Positions 9,919 to 19,149 of a stretch of DNA of 64,000 nt are shown here, piece by piece. Source of the stretch: Candidatus Hydrogenedentota bacterium (lineage in GTDB: Bacteria; Hydrogenedentota; Hydrogenedentia; Hydrogenedentales; SLHB01). The stretch covers positions 1 to 64,000 of the forward strand of contig CAXXYE010000001.1 of assembly GCA_963674865.2 (NCBI GenBank). The letters are read 5' to 3'. The notes under the pieces are model-generated. The model searched no databases and was not told where the DNA came from. It was given only the letters and a program-made list of their open reading frames with translations. The position numbers and the translations under genes are program-made. Position 1 is the first letter of the stretch. Each line of letters starts with the position of its first letter.

Positions 9919-10677
9919 ATGGCCAATAGCAGGGTTGTAGGCATTATCCCGGCGCGATATGGTTCAACTCGCCTGCCGGGTAAGCCGCTCGTGCCCATCC
10001 TGGGAAAGCCGATGATCCAGCGCGTCTACGAACGTTGCCTTCTGGCGAAGCTCCTCGACTCGGTGTTCGTCGCTACGGATGACCGCCGCATCGCTGATGC
10101 GGTCGAGGGATTTGGGGGTCGTGCCGTCATGACCTCCCCCGAGCATCCGAGCGGCACGGATCGATTGGCCGAAGCGGCGGCCCAACTCGAGTGTGATATC
10201 GTCGTCAACATTCAGGGCGATCAGCCCTTCATGGATTCCGTCATGATCGAGGAGGCCGTCCAGCCCCTGCTGGCGGAACCGAATCTCGAAATGACCACCC
10301 TGATGCATCCCATCAGCAGCCCCGAAGATTTGCAGGATCCCGCCGTCGTGAAGACCGCCGTGGATCTACAAGGCAATGCGCTGTATTTCTCTCGCTCCCT
10401 CATCCCTTATCCGCAGAAGGATGTGCCGCACGATATATATGAGCACGTTGGTTTGTACGTATACCGGCGTGATTTCCTCATGAAGTTGACGCAGCTCGCG
10501 CCTACGCCGCTCGAGCGAATCGAGTCACTTGAGCAATTGCGCGTGCTCGAACACGGATACCGGATTCGCGTCATCGAGACGCACTGCCAGGATAACGCCT
10601 TCAGTGGCTTCAGTGTTGATACTTCGGAGGACGTTGGCCGGGCCGAGGCCATGCTGAGGGAGCGAGGATTGACGTAG
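9919..10677 (+). CDS. kdsB: 3-deoxy-manno-octulosonate cytidylyltransferase (CMP-Kdo synthetase)
   Basis: IIPARYGSTRLPGKPL, HPSGTDR, VNIQGDQP, ALYFSRS, LEQLRVLE. Confidence 0.93.
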   Translation: MANSRVVGIIPARYGSTRLPGKPLVPILGKPMIQRVYERCLLAKLLDSVFVATDDRRIADAVEGFGGRAVMTSPEHPSGTDRLAEAAAQLECDIVVNIQGDQPFMDSVMIEEAVQPLLAEPNLEMTTLMHPISSPEDLQDPAVVKTAVDLQGNALYFSRSLIPYPQKDVPHDIYEHVGLYVYRRDFLMKLTQLAPTPLERIESLEQLRVLEHGYRIRVIETHCQDNAFSGFSVDTSEDVGRAEAMLRERGLT

Positions 10678-10710
10678 TAGGGCATTGGATGCCGGAGGAA
10701 GAGGTCGAGT

Positions 10711-11913
10711 ATGAGCATTGATTTTCAGGCTATCGAGGCGCTCGAGCGCAAACTCGACGCGGCCGTTCTTGAACGCGTGGCGCAGGCTGGCGACTGCATT
10801 GCCGAGGCGAAGGAGCGCGGGGGCAAAGTGGCGGTCGTTACCGGGAGTGGCCCCAATGTCCACGAGGGTGTGACGACGCTCTTGGCCGAGTTGATGCGAG
10901 TAGGCATTGTAGATGGCGTGACAACGAGTTCCGCCGTGGTCGCCCACGAGATGGGCGGAGTGCTCGATAAGGTGAAGCGGGTGCCAGGTATTCCCCTCGG
11001 CCTCAAGAGTGAACTCCTACCTCGGGGAGGCGAGTTTGAACTCACTTTGCTCGATGACGAAGTTCTCGCGGATATCGCACGCGAAATGCCGCTCGATGCT
11101 GAGTTAATCGCCAAACTCAAGAAGGTTGAAGGCAGCGTGATTATCAAGGCAGCGGGCAATTTGGGCTATCCCATGGGACTCTGGCTTGAGCGTCTCGCTA
11201 CGGAGATTTTGGCTCTGTCCCGCGCTCATGGCTCGAGTTTCGAGGAGACGGCCGGCCTCGGTGCGGATGAGCGCACCATGATCGGTGTTGGCGTGCGGAA
11301 GGGCCTGCCCGTTCTGGTGACAGTGCCTCAGTTGATCGGCGGCGGGGCCGTCGGACTGGCCATCGGGGACAGCTTGTCCATCACGGAGCGTGCCGCCCGT
11401 CTGGCCGACATGCTGGCCGGCGCGGATGTGATTGTCGAATCGGCGGTGGCGCTCACCCAGGAGGTTCACGACGGGCCCTTCGAGACGCATACCGGGCACG
11501 GCCTATGGGCGGCGTGGCAGGGACATCCAACCTATTCGCTCGATGGTAAGCGCCTCGTCCGCATCGACCTGGACCCCGCCTTGGAGAAGGTCTGGCAGGC
11601 GGAGCGAGGCGGTGGTGAGGTGCAGCAAGCCATCGCGAAGGGACTTCCCAAGACGAAACTCTTCAAAGTGCCTTTCCGCATGGAGATGTCGGGATTCGCC
11701 CGGCACGACGGAAGCATTCCCATCGTCGGCGACATCGGCGTCGTCTGGCCCATTCTGGCGAAGCGGGTGGCGGAGCGCCTCGGTATCGAACTCGAGTTCA
11801 TATCCCATCCGCAGGACACCGAACAGGGCCGCCAGATGCGCGAGTGGATCGCGGGGGAAATCAAGGCACTCGACAGGCGCAAGATGATCCAGGGGCTTCG
11901 GGCCAAGCACTAA
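10711..11913 (+). CDS. Hypothetical protein, deoxyhypusine-synthase-like fold
   Basis: LLAELMRVGIVDGVTTSSAVVAHEM and C-terminal IVGDIGVVWPILA resemble DHS-family segments. Confidence 0.55.
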   Translation: MSIDFQAIEALERKLDAAVLERVAQAGDCIAEAKERGGKVAVVTGSGPNVHEGVTTLLAELMRVGIVDGVTTSSAVVAHEMGGVLDKVKRVPGIPLGLKSELLPRGGEFELTLLDDEVLADIAREMPLDAELIAKLKKVEGSVIIKAAGNLGYPMGLWLERLATEILALSRAHGSSFEETAGLGADERTMIGVGVRKGLPVLVTVPQLIGGGAVGLAIGDSLSITERAARLADMLAGADVIVESAVALTQEVHDGPFETHTGHGLWAAWQGHPTYSLDGKRLVRIDLDPALEKVWQAERGGGEVQQAIAKGLPKTKLFKVPFRMEMSGFARHDGSIPIVGDIGVVWPILAKRVAERLGIELEFISHPQDTEQGRQMREWIAGEIKALDRRKMIQGLRAKH

Positions 11914-11961
11914 CGGAGGCGCGTCTCTTCTCAGCAATCACGGCCTCGCCTCTGGGATGTC

Positions 11962-14886
11962 CTATCGCTTCACTCTTTCCCGGACAGTGCGCGGGGAACA
12001 GGCGCCGGCAAGGACAAGCGCTGTAAGGATGCAGCCGGCCACCAACACATCGCCTCCGCTTCCACGGGGGGGATTTGCCGCGCCGATGTCTCTTAGCGCG
12101 CCGCAGCCACCAGAACTTCCCCCCGTGCCGCGCTGGCCGCAGTCGGCCTCGCTGCACAGCCCGGTTCCGCAGCTATTTTCAGCCTGCACCCAGTAATAGT
12201 AGGTTTGGCCTGAGGCCGCCGATGTATCGGCGTAGGTGGTTGTTGTGACGCCCTCGGCAAGCTCGGATGCCTCCGGAAGATCGTCTGAAGTGTTCCTGAA
12301 AACGGTGTAGCTGCTTGCGTCGTCGACGGCGCTCCACGTTACCTCGACGCGATCGGTGTAGGTGCCGTCCGTTGCGCTGACGTTCTGAGGGATGCCGGGA
12401 GGGATACACGTGCCGGGGTCGGTATTGCTGTTGGGGTCGCTACCGTAGGCGAGTTCGACATCGTCATTGATGCCGTCCCCATCGGAGTCGGCCTTCTCAG
12501 GATTCGTCACATATCCGAAGGTGCCGTTCTCCTCATCCGTATCAGACAGCCCGTCGCCGTCTGTGTCCGTCCCCGGTGAGGCCGCTGTCAACTGGATCGG
12601 CACGGGGATGATCTGTCCCGCCGTAACGGCCAGTCCCGTCTGCGCATACGCAGCGTATCCTGTCGCGTTTGCGGTGACGTCATAGGTTCCGGGGGCCACG
12701 CAGGCAAACGTGTAGGCGCCATGCGTGTTCTCCGTTACGGTGAACGTACCGACCTGCACTGTCGCGTTCGTGATGTGGAGTAGCGAAGCTACATCCCACA
12801 CGATGCACTCGACGGTTGCGACTTCCAACGCACCACTCTTCGCGAGGATGGGAGTTACGTCAACGGAGCCTTGCACAAGGGCCGTCACCTCCGTGGGATC
12901 CTCCGAACTCCACTCGTTGTTCTCCATCGAGACTTCCTCGGCGCGCTCATTGAGAACGACGATCCCGCTGTCCGTATCATCGAAGACGTTGTATCCTGTC
13001 TCCGGGTCGTCCTCTTCTCCGAAGCTCTTGTTTGTCAAGGGGTTAAGGGTCTTGTCGTCTTCTCGGAACACGACCGCGTAGTCGGTGATCTGGGTGAAGA
13101 TGGAACGCCGAACCGTTGGAATGCCCCCGAAAATCTCCATGCCCATTCCCAGCACGGCGAAGTAACAGTCGCTTACTACGGAGTCAGCCGGAGCTTCTCC
13201 GCGGCACACGATAGCTTTCGCGCCCAGGGCCACGTCGCCCTGGAAGATGACGTTGAGGACGTCCATGGCCACGTCGTTCATTTCGAGAAGGACGGTGTTC
13301 TGTTTTTCGGGAGTAGCGCCTACGTGTAGGTTTCTCAGTGTGGAGCCGTTCGCACCCGTGACGAGGGTCGGGCCGCCGCCGAAAAGGAAGACGTTCCCGT
13401 TGAGGCTGCCTGCCAAGCCGAGCCAAGGCTCGAGGGTGACATTCTCCAAATAGCTGCCCGGCAACAGTAGTAGTTGGGCGGGGTCTTGCTGGGTGGCGGC
13501 TACCTGCGTTATGGCATAGGCGATGGTTTGCCAGGGCGTTGCCAGACTGCCGTTTCCGGTGACGTCACTTCCAGTTCCCGACGACACGAAGTATGTCCGC
13601 AATGGACTGTCCGGATCATTCGGATTTGCGCCTTTCAAGTACTCCTCGAAATTTGTGAAACCGTCATCGTCCGCGTCTGCTTCCGCGTCGGTGATGTCAC
13701 GCGGATCGAGGGCGTATAGCGCCTCGTAACCGTCGGGCATGCCGTCAGCATCCGTATCGATATCATTGGCGTCCGTCCCCCAGCGCTTTGTCTCCTCGTC
13801 GTCGGTGAGCCCATCGCCATCGCTGTCTGCCCCGGCGGGAACGGCTCCGGCGAATTCGTAGGCGCCCATGTCGACGCCGTTGCCTTGCGGACGCGCAACC
13901 GAGAGGATATCAGTCACAGGGGCGCCGGTGGCGGTGCCGGTGTCGATGCACGGCGAGCCGGCGGTGAGTTGGAAGTCCTCGTTCAGATCATCGACAAACA
14001 AGGGGTCGTCGTCCAGCACGCTGCCGATATTGCCCGTGCCTTGGTATCCGCCCAGCACGCAGGAATACGATACCGTAGCTGCGTTACCTGGGAAGTCGTA
14101 TATCTCATCGGGGGTGTTGAGCCAGAGTACGCAGTTGGTAACCGTGGGGACAGAGGACAGGTTATTGGACATCGTTCCCCCGCCGCTTGTGGCGGCATTG
14201 CCGGAAAACGTGCAGTTGGTGATGGTTGGGTTAGTGCCTGCGTGCGCGTTGCACATCGCGGCGCCCCAGGAAGTCGCCTCATTCCCGCAGAACACACAGT
14301 TCGTTAACGTGGGCGAAGCGCCTTGTATGTTGCACATGCCGCCCCCGTCGGGAGCGACATTGTCGCAAAACCAACACGCCTCGAAGGTTGGTGCACCTCC
14401 GTTGTTGAATACCCCTCCGCCGTAGGTTGTGGCTTCATTCTCGGAAAACGTGCAGTTCACTACCTGCGGGGAAGCGCCGACGTTGTATAGGCCGCCGCCC
14501 CCACCTGCCTTGCCTCGCGTGATTGTGAATCCGTCGATGGTGCAATTGGCGCCGACAACACAGCGCCGTGTGTTTTCCCCATCAATCGCCGTGACATGGA
14601 GGGCTGGGCGTCGATCAGTTCGCGCCGCCTCGTTGCCGGCGAAGCCGCCGTACACGTTGACGTTGGCCCTGAGGGAAACCGTCTGCGTGTAGATGCCCTC
14701 GGCCACCCACACTTCGCCGCCTCCCGCGGCCGCGTCAATCCCTGCCTGGATTGTCGCATAGGCCGTTGCCCAGCTCTGGCCATCGTAGGTTCCCGAAACA
14801 TTGTCTTGATCGACGTACCACTCCACCGCACCGGCCCAGGAACACATCATCAGGAGCGCCCCAGCGAAACTGATACTCCCTCTCAC
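11962..14886 (-). CDS. Secreted/surface protein: beta-helix (choice-of-anchor Q-like), Ca-binding DxDxDG repeats, DUF1565-like, carboxypeptidase-regulatory-like and FN3 domains, C-terminal membrane anchor
   Basis: Signal peptide; NCTFSGNAA/GGG repeats; SPCIDTG..VDMGAYE; DSDGDGLTD repeats; GNGSLATPWQTI; YYYWVQAEN; terminal GGCG...hydrophobic stretch...basic tail. Confidence 0.85.
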   Translation of the reverse strand: MRGSISFAGALLMMCSWAGAVEWYVDQDNVSGTYDGQSWATAYATIQAGIDAAAGGGEVWVAEGIYTQTVSLRANVNVYGGFAGNEAARTDRRPALHVTAIDGENTRRCVVGANCTIDGFTITRGKAGGGGGLYNVGASPQVVNCTFSENEATTYGGGVFNNGGAPTFEACWFCDNVAPDGGGMCNIQGASPTLTNCVFCGNEATSWGAAMCNAHAGTNPTITNCTFSGNAATSGGGTMSNNLSSVPTVTNCVLWLNTPDEIYDFPGNAATVSYSCVLGGYQGTGNIGSVLDDDPLFVDDLNEDFQLTAGSPCIDTGTATGAPVTDILSVARPQGNGVDMGAYEFAGAVPAGADSDGDGLTDDEETKRWGTDANDIDTDADGMPDGYEALYALDPRDITDAEADADDDGFTNFEEYLKGANPNDPDSPLRTYFVSSGTGSDVTGNGSLATPWQTIAYAITQVAATQQDPAQLLLLPGSYLENVTLEPWLGLAGSLNGNVFLFGGGPTLVTGANGSTLRNLHVGATPEKQNTVLLEMNDVAMDVLNVIFQGDVALGAKAIVCRGEAPADSVVSDCYFAVLGMGMEIFGGIPTVRRSIFTQITDYAVVFREDDKTLNPLTNKSFGEEDDPETGYNVFDDTDSGIVVLNERAEEVSMENNEWSSEDPTEVTALVQGSVDVTPILAKSGALEVATVECIVWDVASLLHITNATVQVGTFTVTENTHGAYTFACVAPGTYDVTANATGYAAYAQTGLAVTAGQIIPVPIQLTAASPGTDTDGDGLSDTDEENGTFGYVTNPEKADSDGDGINDDVELAYGSDPNSNTDPGTCIPPGIPQNVSATDGTYTDRVEVTWSAVDDASSYTVFRNTSDDLPEASELAEGVTTTTYADTSAASGQTYYYWVQAENSCGTGLCSEADCGQRGTGGSSGGCGALRDIGAANPPRGSGGDVLVAGCILTALVLAGACSPRTVRERVKR

Positions 14887-15065
14887 CGGAATTCCCTCCT
14901 AATCCCGCCGCACGGAAGGACACCAGCTCCTTCGAGCGTGTCTCGCGGACGGCGTGACGCCAAGCAGCCTTCGAGACTCAGGCGCAACCTTCCCTCATCT
15001 CGAATCCCCGCCATTGTTATGCGCAAACCGAGCAGGTTTGTCAAGAAAATAGTGCCTGCCCACTA

Positions 15066-15092
15066 TTATCGGCAAGTTCGGCCCTGAGTTGA
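15066..15092 (-). promoter_or_regulatory. Putative sigma28 (FliA) promoter
   Basis: Minus-strand TCAA-N15-GCCGATAA upstream of the surface-protein gene. Confidence 0.55.
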
Positions 15093-15199
15093 ACACGAAT
15101 CTTCAGCCGCCCGGCTTGAGGAGCAATGCGTCCCTGTGTTGGGCCGATGTGCATGCAAGAAGGGAGGGTAGCGGACCTTGCTGCAAAGCGGGCGCACGG

Positions 15200-15742
15200 A
15201 TGCTACGACAGATGGGAGAACTTGGCGTAGGCCAGAGAGGGCGCACATATATTCGTGAGTTTCGTGAGACGGATGCCGGGGCGGTGGTCGGGCTGATTCA
15301 CCGCACGATTGACGCCTGCTATACGGGCGTCTATCCGCCAAGGGCCATTGCCTTCTTCAAAGATCTCCACTCCCGGAATGGCCTCCTTGAACGTTCAAGG
15401 AGCGGCGTCATACTTGTCCTGGAGCGGAATACAGACGTCATAGGCACCGGTGCCCTCGTCGAGAACGAGATCTACGGCGTCTTCGTCGAGCCGGAGATGC
15501 ACGGCCGCGGCTGCGGCAAGGCCATCATGCGGGAGTTGGAGTCCCGGGCCGTTGCAAGGGGACATGGCGAAGTCGAATTGAGCGTTTCCCTGCCATCCAG
15601 AGGTTTTTACGAAGCGCTTGGATACGAAATCCTCGGGGAGGCGTCCATGGACGTCGGCGAAGGCCAGGCACTGTGCTTCTGGAAAGCAAGGAAGTCATTG
15701 CGGATATCTGGATTGTGTGCAGATCTCCGGCGCCTTCCTTGA
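15200..15742 (+). CDS. GNAT family N-acetyltransferase (start uncertain)
   Basis: VFVEPEMHGRGCGKAIM acetyl-CoA motif; GFYEALGY. Confidence 0.88.
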   Translation: MLRQMGELGVGQRGRTYIREFRETDAGAVVGLIHRTIDACYTGVYPPRAIAFFKDLHSRNGLLERSRSGVILVLERNTDVIGTGALVENEIYGVFVEPEMHGRGCGKAIMRELESRAVARGHGEVELSVSLPSRGFYEALGYEILGEASMDVGEGQALCFWKARKSLRISGLCADLRRLP

Positions 15743-15961
15743 GGAATCCCGGGGGGCGGATTGCCAATTGCGCCGCGCGTCAAGCCATTGGAGACGAATA
15801 CATTGGCAAGCCCAACGTCTCTTTGCCCTTCCGGTGAGCATTTCACGATGGACGAGGCGTCTCGATGTATCTTGTGCGCGGCGCAGTCGAGTTAACCGGC
15901 GATGTCGGAGGAACGCGCCATGTTCCCGAGGATGCGGATACGTCTCCTGAAGCGGTGTTCG

Positions 15962-17185
15962 CTAGGCCGACTTGCGGAAGCGAGATGCCTTGGAGAAGCG
16001 GCGCCGGCGGAAACGCTTGGCGTTGACGTTCCGTCCCTCACCAGCGGGCTTGAAGTGGCTGAGGACGGTTACCGCGCCTTCCCAGTCGCCCCTGGGCAGG
16101 TTTCTGCCCAGGGCCTTCTCAATTGCGCCCAGCTCGACGGATTCGTTGGGGGAGACAAAGGTGATGGCGTCACCTTTAGCGTTGGCGCGGGCCGTACGTC
16201 CGATCCGATGAATGTAGTCGTCGGAACTCCCTGGAATATCGAAATTGACCACGTGGGTGATTCCCTCGACATCGAGTCCGCGCGCTGCCACGTCCGTGGC
16301 GACCAGCACCTTGTATTGTCCTCTGCGGAATCCGTCTATGGCCTGTTGACGTTGCCGCTGTGAGCGGTCGCCATGGATGGCTTGGGCCTTGACTCCGGCC
16401 TTTTGTAGATTCCTGGCCACGCGGTCCGTGCGGCGCTTGGTGCGTATGAACACGAGGGCCGAACGCACGTGCGGCTTGTCCAGTATCTGCGTGAGCAGCT
16501 TCATCTTGTTGTCCTGGGCTACGGTAAATACTTCCTGCTGGACGGCATCCGCGGGTTTGGCAACGGCGCCTATCTCTATCCGTACAGGGTCGCGAAGCAT
16601 ATTGGACGCCAAGCGGGCGATTGCCTGAGGAAAAGTTGCTGAGAACATGAGAGTCTGTCGGTCCTTCGGAAGGTTGCCAAGAATCCGTTTGATGTCAGGC
16701 AGGAATCCCATGTCCAGCATGCGATCCGCTTCGTCCAGAACCAAGACGGATAAGGCGTCGAAGCGCACGTTATTGCGCGCAATGTGGTCGAGCAGGCGCC
16801 CCGGCGTGGCCACAATGATGGATGGGCCCCGGCGGAGGGCTTTCGCCTGGGGCTCAAGCCCGACGCCGCCGTATACGCAAACGGCGCGCAGTCCCATGGG
16901 CTTGCCGAGCCGTTCGAGGACGTTGTGTACTTGGTGGGCCAGTTCGCGCGTCGGGGTGAGGACGAGCATAGCGCAACGGCCCTGTTTGGCGTCGGCCAGA
17001 CGAGCGAGTGTGGGCAGGCCGAAGGCCAGAGTCTTGCCGGTTCCCGTCTGGGCCACGGCCACGACGTCGCGGCCTTCGAGGGCCGCAGGCACGGCTTTGG
17101 CTTGGATGGGCGTGGGGTGAGTGATGCCTTGGGCTTTCAGTACGCGCAAACAGCGCGGGTCGATCCCTAGTGTTTCAAATGACAT
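15962..17185 (-). CDS. DEAD-box ATP-dependent RNA helicase (RhlE-like)
   Basis: PTPIQ, AQTGTGKT, PTRELA, TPGR, DEAD, SAT, ARGLD, HRIGRTAR; basic C-terminal tail. Confidence 0.96.
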   Translation of the reverse strand: MSFETLGIDPRCLRVLKAQGITHPTPIQAKAVPAALEGRDVVAVAQTGTGKTLAFGLPTLARLADAKQGRCAMLVLTPTRELAHQVHNVLERLGKPMGLRAVCVYGGVGLEPQAKALRRGPSIIVATPGRLLDHIARNNVRFDALSVLVLDEADRMLDMGFLPDIKRILGNLPKDRQTLMFSATFPQAIARLASNMLRDPVRIEIGAVAKPADAVQQEVFTVAQDNKMKLLTQILDKPHVRSALVFIRTKRRTDRVARNLQKAGVKAQAIHGDRSQRQRQQAIDGFRRGQYKVLVATDVAARGLDVEGITHVVNFDIPGSSDDYIHRIGRTARANAKGDAITFVSPNESVELGAIEKALGRNLPRGDWEGAVTVLSHFKPAGEGRNVNAKRFRRRRFSKASRFRKSA

Positions 17186-17369
17186 GGTTATTTCCCTTTC
17201 TTTCTTGCCGGCATCATCCGGCAAGGGGCTGGTTCTGCATGCTCAGCGCCTACAAAGTGGGAGACAACACACACACGTGGAAACCCAGGATTTGAAGTGA
17301 GCATTGAGTAGGAGAGGGGAGGGGTAAAAGACCGCCGACTTCCTAACAAGCAGGACTAAAGTTGACGAG

Positions 17370-17398
17370 ACTATACCTGACGTTTCCCGCGAAGTCAA
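17370..17398 (-). promoter_or_regulatory. sigma70 promoter of the DEAD-box helicase gene
   Basis: Minus-strand TTGACT-17-TATAGT. Confidence 0.7.
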
Positions 17399-17421
17399 AC
17401 TGCGCGTAGGTGCAAGGTGCG

Positions 17422-18024
17422 CTAGAAGCGATCGGTGATGACGACCTCGGCCATAGGCAGTTGCCCGCCGCGAGGGCGGGCCGCCTTCATTCCTTTGCCG
17501 ATGGCCACGAACATGGCAACGACGTGATCCTCGGGTAGATTGATGAGCTTGCCGACTGCGTCGTAGTCGAAGCCATCCATGGGGCAGGTATCGTAGCCCA
17601 TTGCTTTGGCCGCCAGCATGATGGTTTGGGCGGCGATGCCGCAGGAGCGCATCGCCTCATCGCGCTGGACCCATTCACGGCCGCGGTAGTACTGATCGAT
17701 AGCGGGAACGATGAAGTCTTGAACCTGTTTCGGGGCATTGCGCCAGTAACGGGCGGGCTCCTTCTCCCAACATTTGGTGTCCGCACAGAGGACGACGAGC
17801 AGGGAGGCGTCCGTCACCTGAGCCTGATCCCACGCGACGGCCCGGATCTGTCTTCGGAGGCCCGGGTCGCGCACGAGTACGAACCGCCAGTTCTGGATAT
17901 TGAAGGCCGTCGGCGCAAGCATCGCCAGCGACATCAGTTTCTCGACCCCCTCGTTGCTCATCTGATGGCTAGGATCGTACTGCTTGACGGCTCTACGGCT
18001 CTCAATGGCGGCGAAGGTATCCAT
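17422..18024 (-). CDS. Nitroreductase family protein
   Basis: AIESRRAVKQY, APTAFNIQNWRF, AMGYDTCPMDGFD. Confidence 0.93.
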   Translation of the reverse strand: MDTFAAIESRRAVKQYDPSHQMSNEGVEKLMSLAMLAPTAFNIQNWRFVLVRDPGLRRQIRAVAWDQAQVTDASLLVVLCADTKCWEKEPARYWRNAPKQVQDFIVPAIDQYYRGREWVQRDEAMRSCGIAAQTIMLAAKAMGYDTCPMDGFDYDAVGKLINLPEDHVVAMFVAIGKGMKAARPRGGQLPMAEVVITDRF

Positions 18025-18288
18025 GGGCGGTTCCCTTTCATGGCGGCGAGGCACCCTCTGGCAGGCGCCTGCCAGCCGTTTTCCGCAGCATAACATCCTT
18101 TATCAACACTTACACTTCCGCGTGAGTCGAGTATTCCCGAGGCAGCGCACGGACGGCTCGTGCCTTTTCCCCTGTACCATTTTCCCCTGCGCCCTTTGTA
18201 CCTTGCCCGTGGTGATCGCGATTCGATACACTAGCGAACGGCAACGACTTGAGTTGTAGCATGGCAAGTATGATTTGAAGGGATTCGT

Positions 18289-18780
18289 ATGCCGTTGAGT
18301 CCTGAAGAGATGCGCAGTATCTACAAGCGCACGACGATTATTCGGCGGCCGACCTACGGCATCGTCAGTGGCTATCATGAGTTGCCCTATGTGTGTCTGG
18401 GCACATCGATTGAGCCCCGTTCAGAGACCACTGAGGTAAGGGGGAAGATTCAGGTGTCGCCGCGTTTCATCATTCGGCCGAGCCACTGCGAGCCAAGCTA
18501 CGCGGAGATATTCGGGGAGGACAATGTGGACGTGGCGCTCGCGGGACGTCTTTTTGGATTTATGGGCTTCCGAGGTCGTCCGGTTGAGTGCAAGTCCGAA
18601 CATTTGGCGGTGAGCCATAGGCAGGGGTCGGTGGACCATGTGCTGTCCGAGACGCTAGACGAACTCGAGCGGCACGAAGATATTACGACGGGTGTGATTG
18701 TTACGCCGGATAGCCGGTACTATCCGGTTTCCCTGGAACGGTTTATATCGACAATTCTCGAGGATGAATTTTCCGTCTGA
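18289..18780 (+). CDS. Hypothetical protein
   Basis: Protein-like 163-aa ORF with SD; first gene of a + strand run. Confidence 0.75.
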   Translation: MPLSPEEMRSIYKRTTIIRRPTYGIVSGYHELPYVCLGTSIEPRSETTEVRGKIQVSPRFIIRPSHCEPSYAEIFGEDNVDVALAGRLFGFMGFRGRPVECKSEHLAVSHRQGSVDHVLSETLDELERHEDITTGVIVTPDSRYYPVSLERFISTILEDEFSV

Positions 18781-18793
18781 TAGGAGGTCGGGC

Positions 18794-19066
18794 ATGAAGA
18801 GCGCATATGAACTGGCCATGGAGCGCCTGGAAAAGGAAAGTGGGCCGACTAAGCGGCTTTCGGACGCTCAGAAGGAAGAAATCGCCGAGATCGAGCGCAA
18901 GTTCGAGGCCCGAATTGCCGAGGAAAGGCTCAGTGGGGAGGCGAGGATTGCCGGTGCATCGTCCGCCGAAGAACTGGGCAAACTGACTGCCGAGTTGGCG
19001 GAGCGGGTGAGTGCTATTGAGGAGCAGCGCGAGAAGGCGAAGGAGGCCGTATGGGAGCAGGAATAG
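18794..19066 (+). CDS. Small coiled-coil hypothetical protein (MKSAYELAMERL-type)
   Basis: Strong SD AGGAGG; charged helical sequence. Confidence 0.8.
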   Translation: MKSAYELAMERLEKESGPTKRLSDAQKEEIAEIERKFEARIAEERLSGEARIAGASSAEELGKLTAELAERVSAIEEQREKAKEAVWEQE

Positions 19067-19149
19067 GCTTCGCTCGGCCCTCTCGTCTGGCTATGCCTCT
19101 GGGCTAGACTGACTTATGCCACTGTCCAGAGTGCGAACGGCTATCGGGG

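Noticed and set aside
18160..18212. Pyrimidine-rich quasi-heptamer repeat (TTCCCCTG..)
   Set aside because: Too irregular to call a tandem repeat or CRISPR
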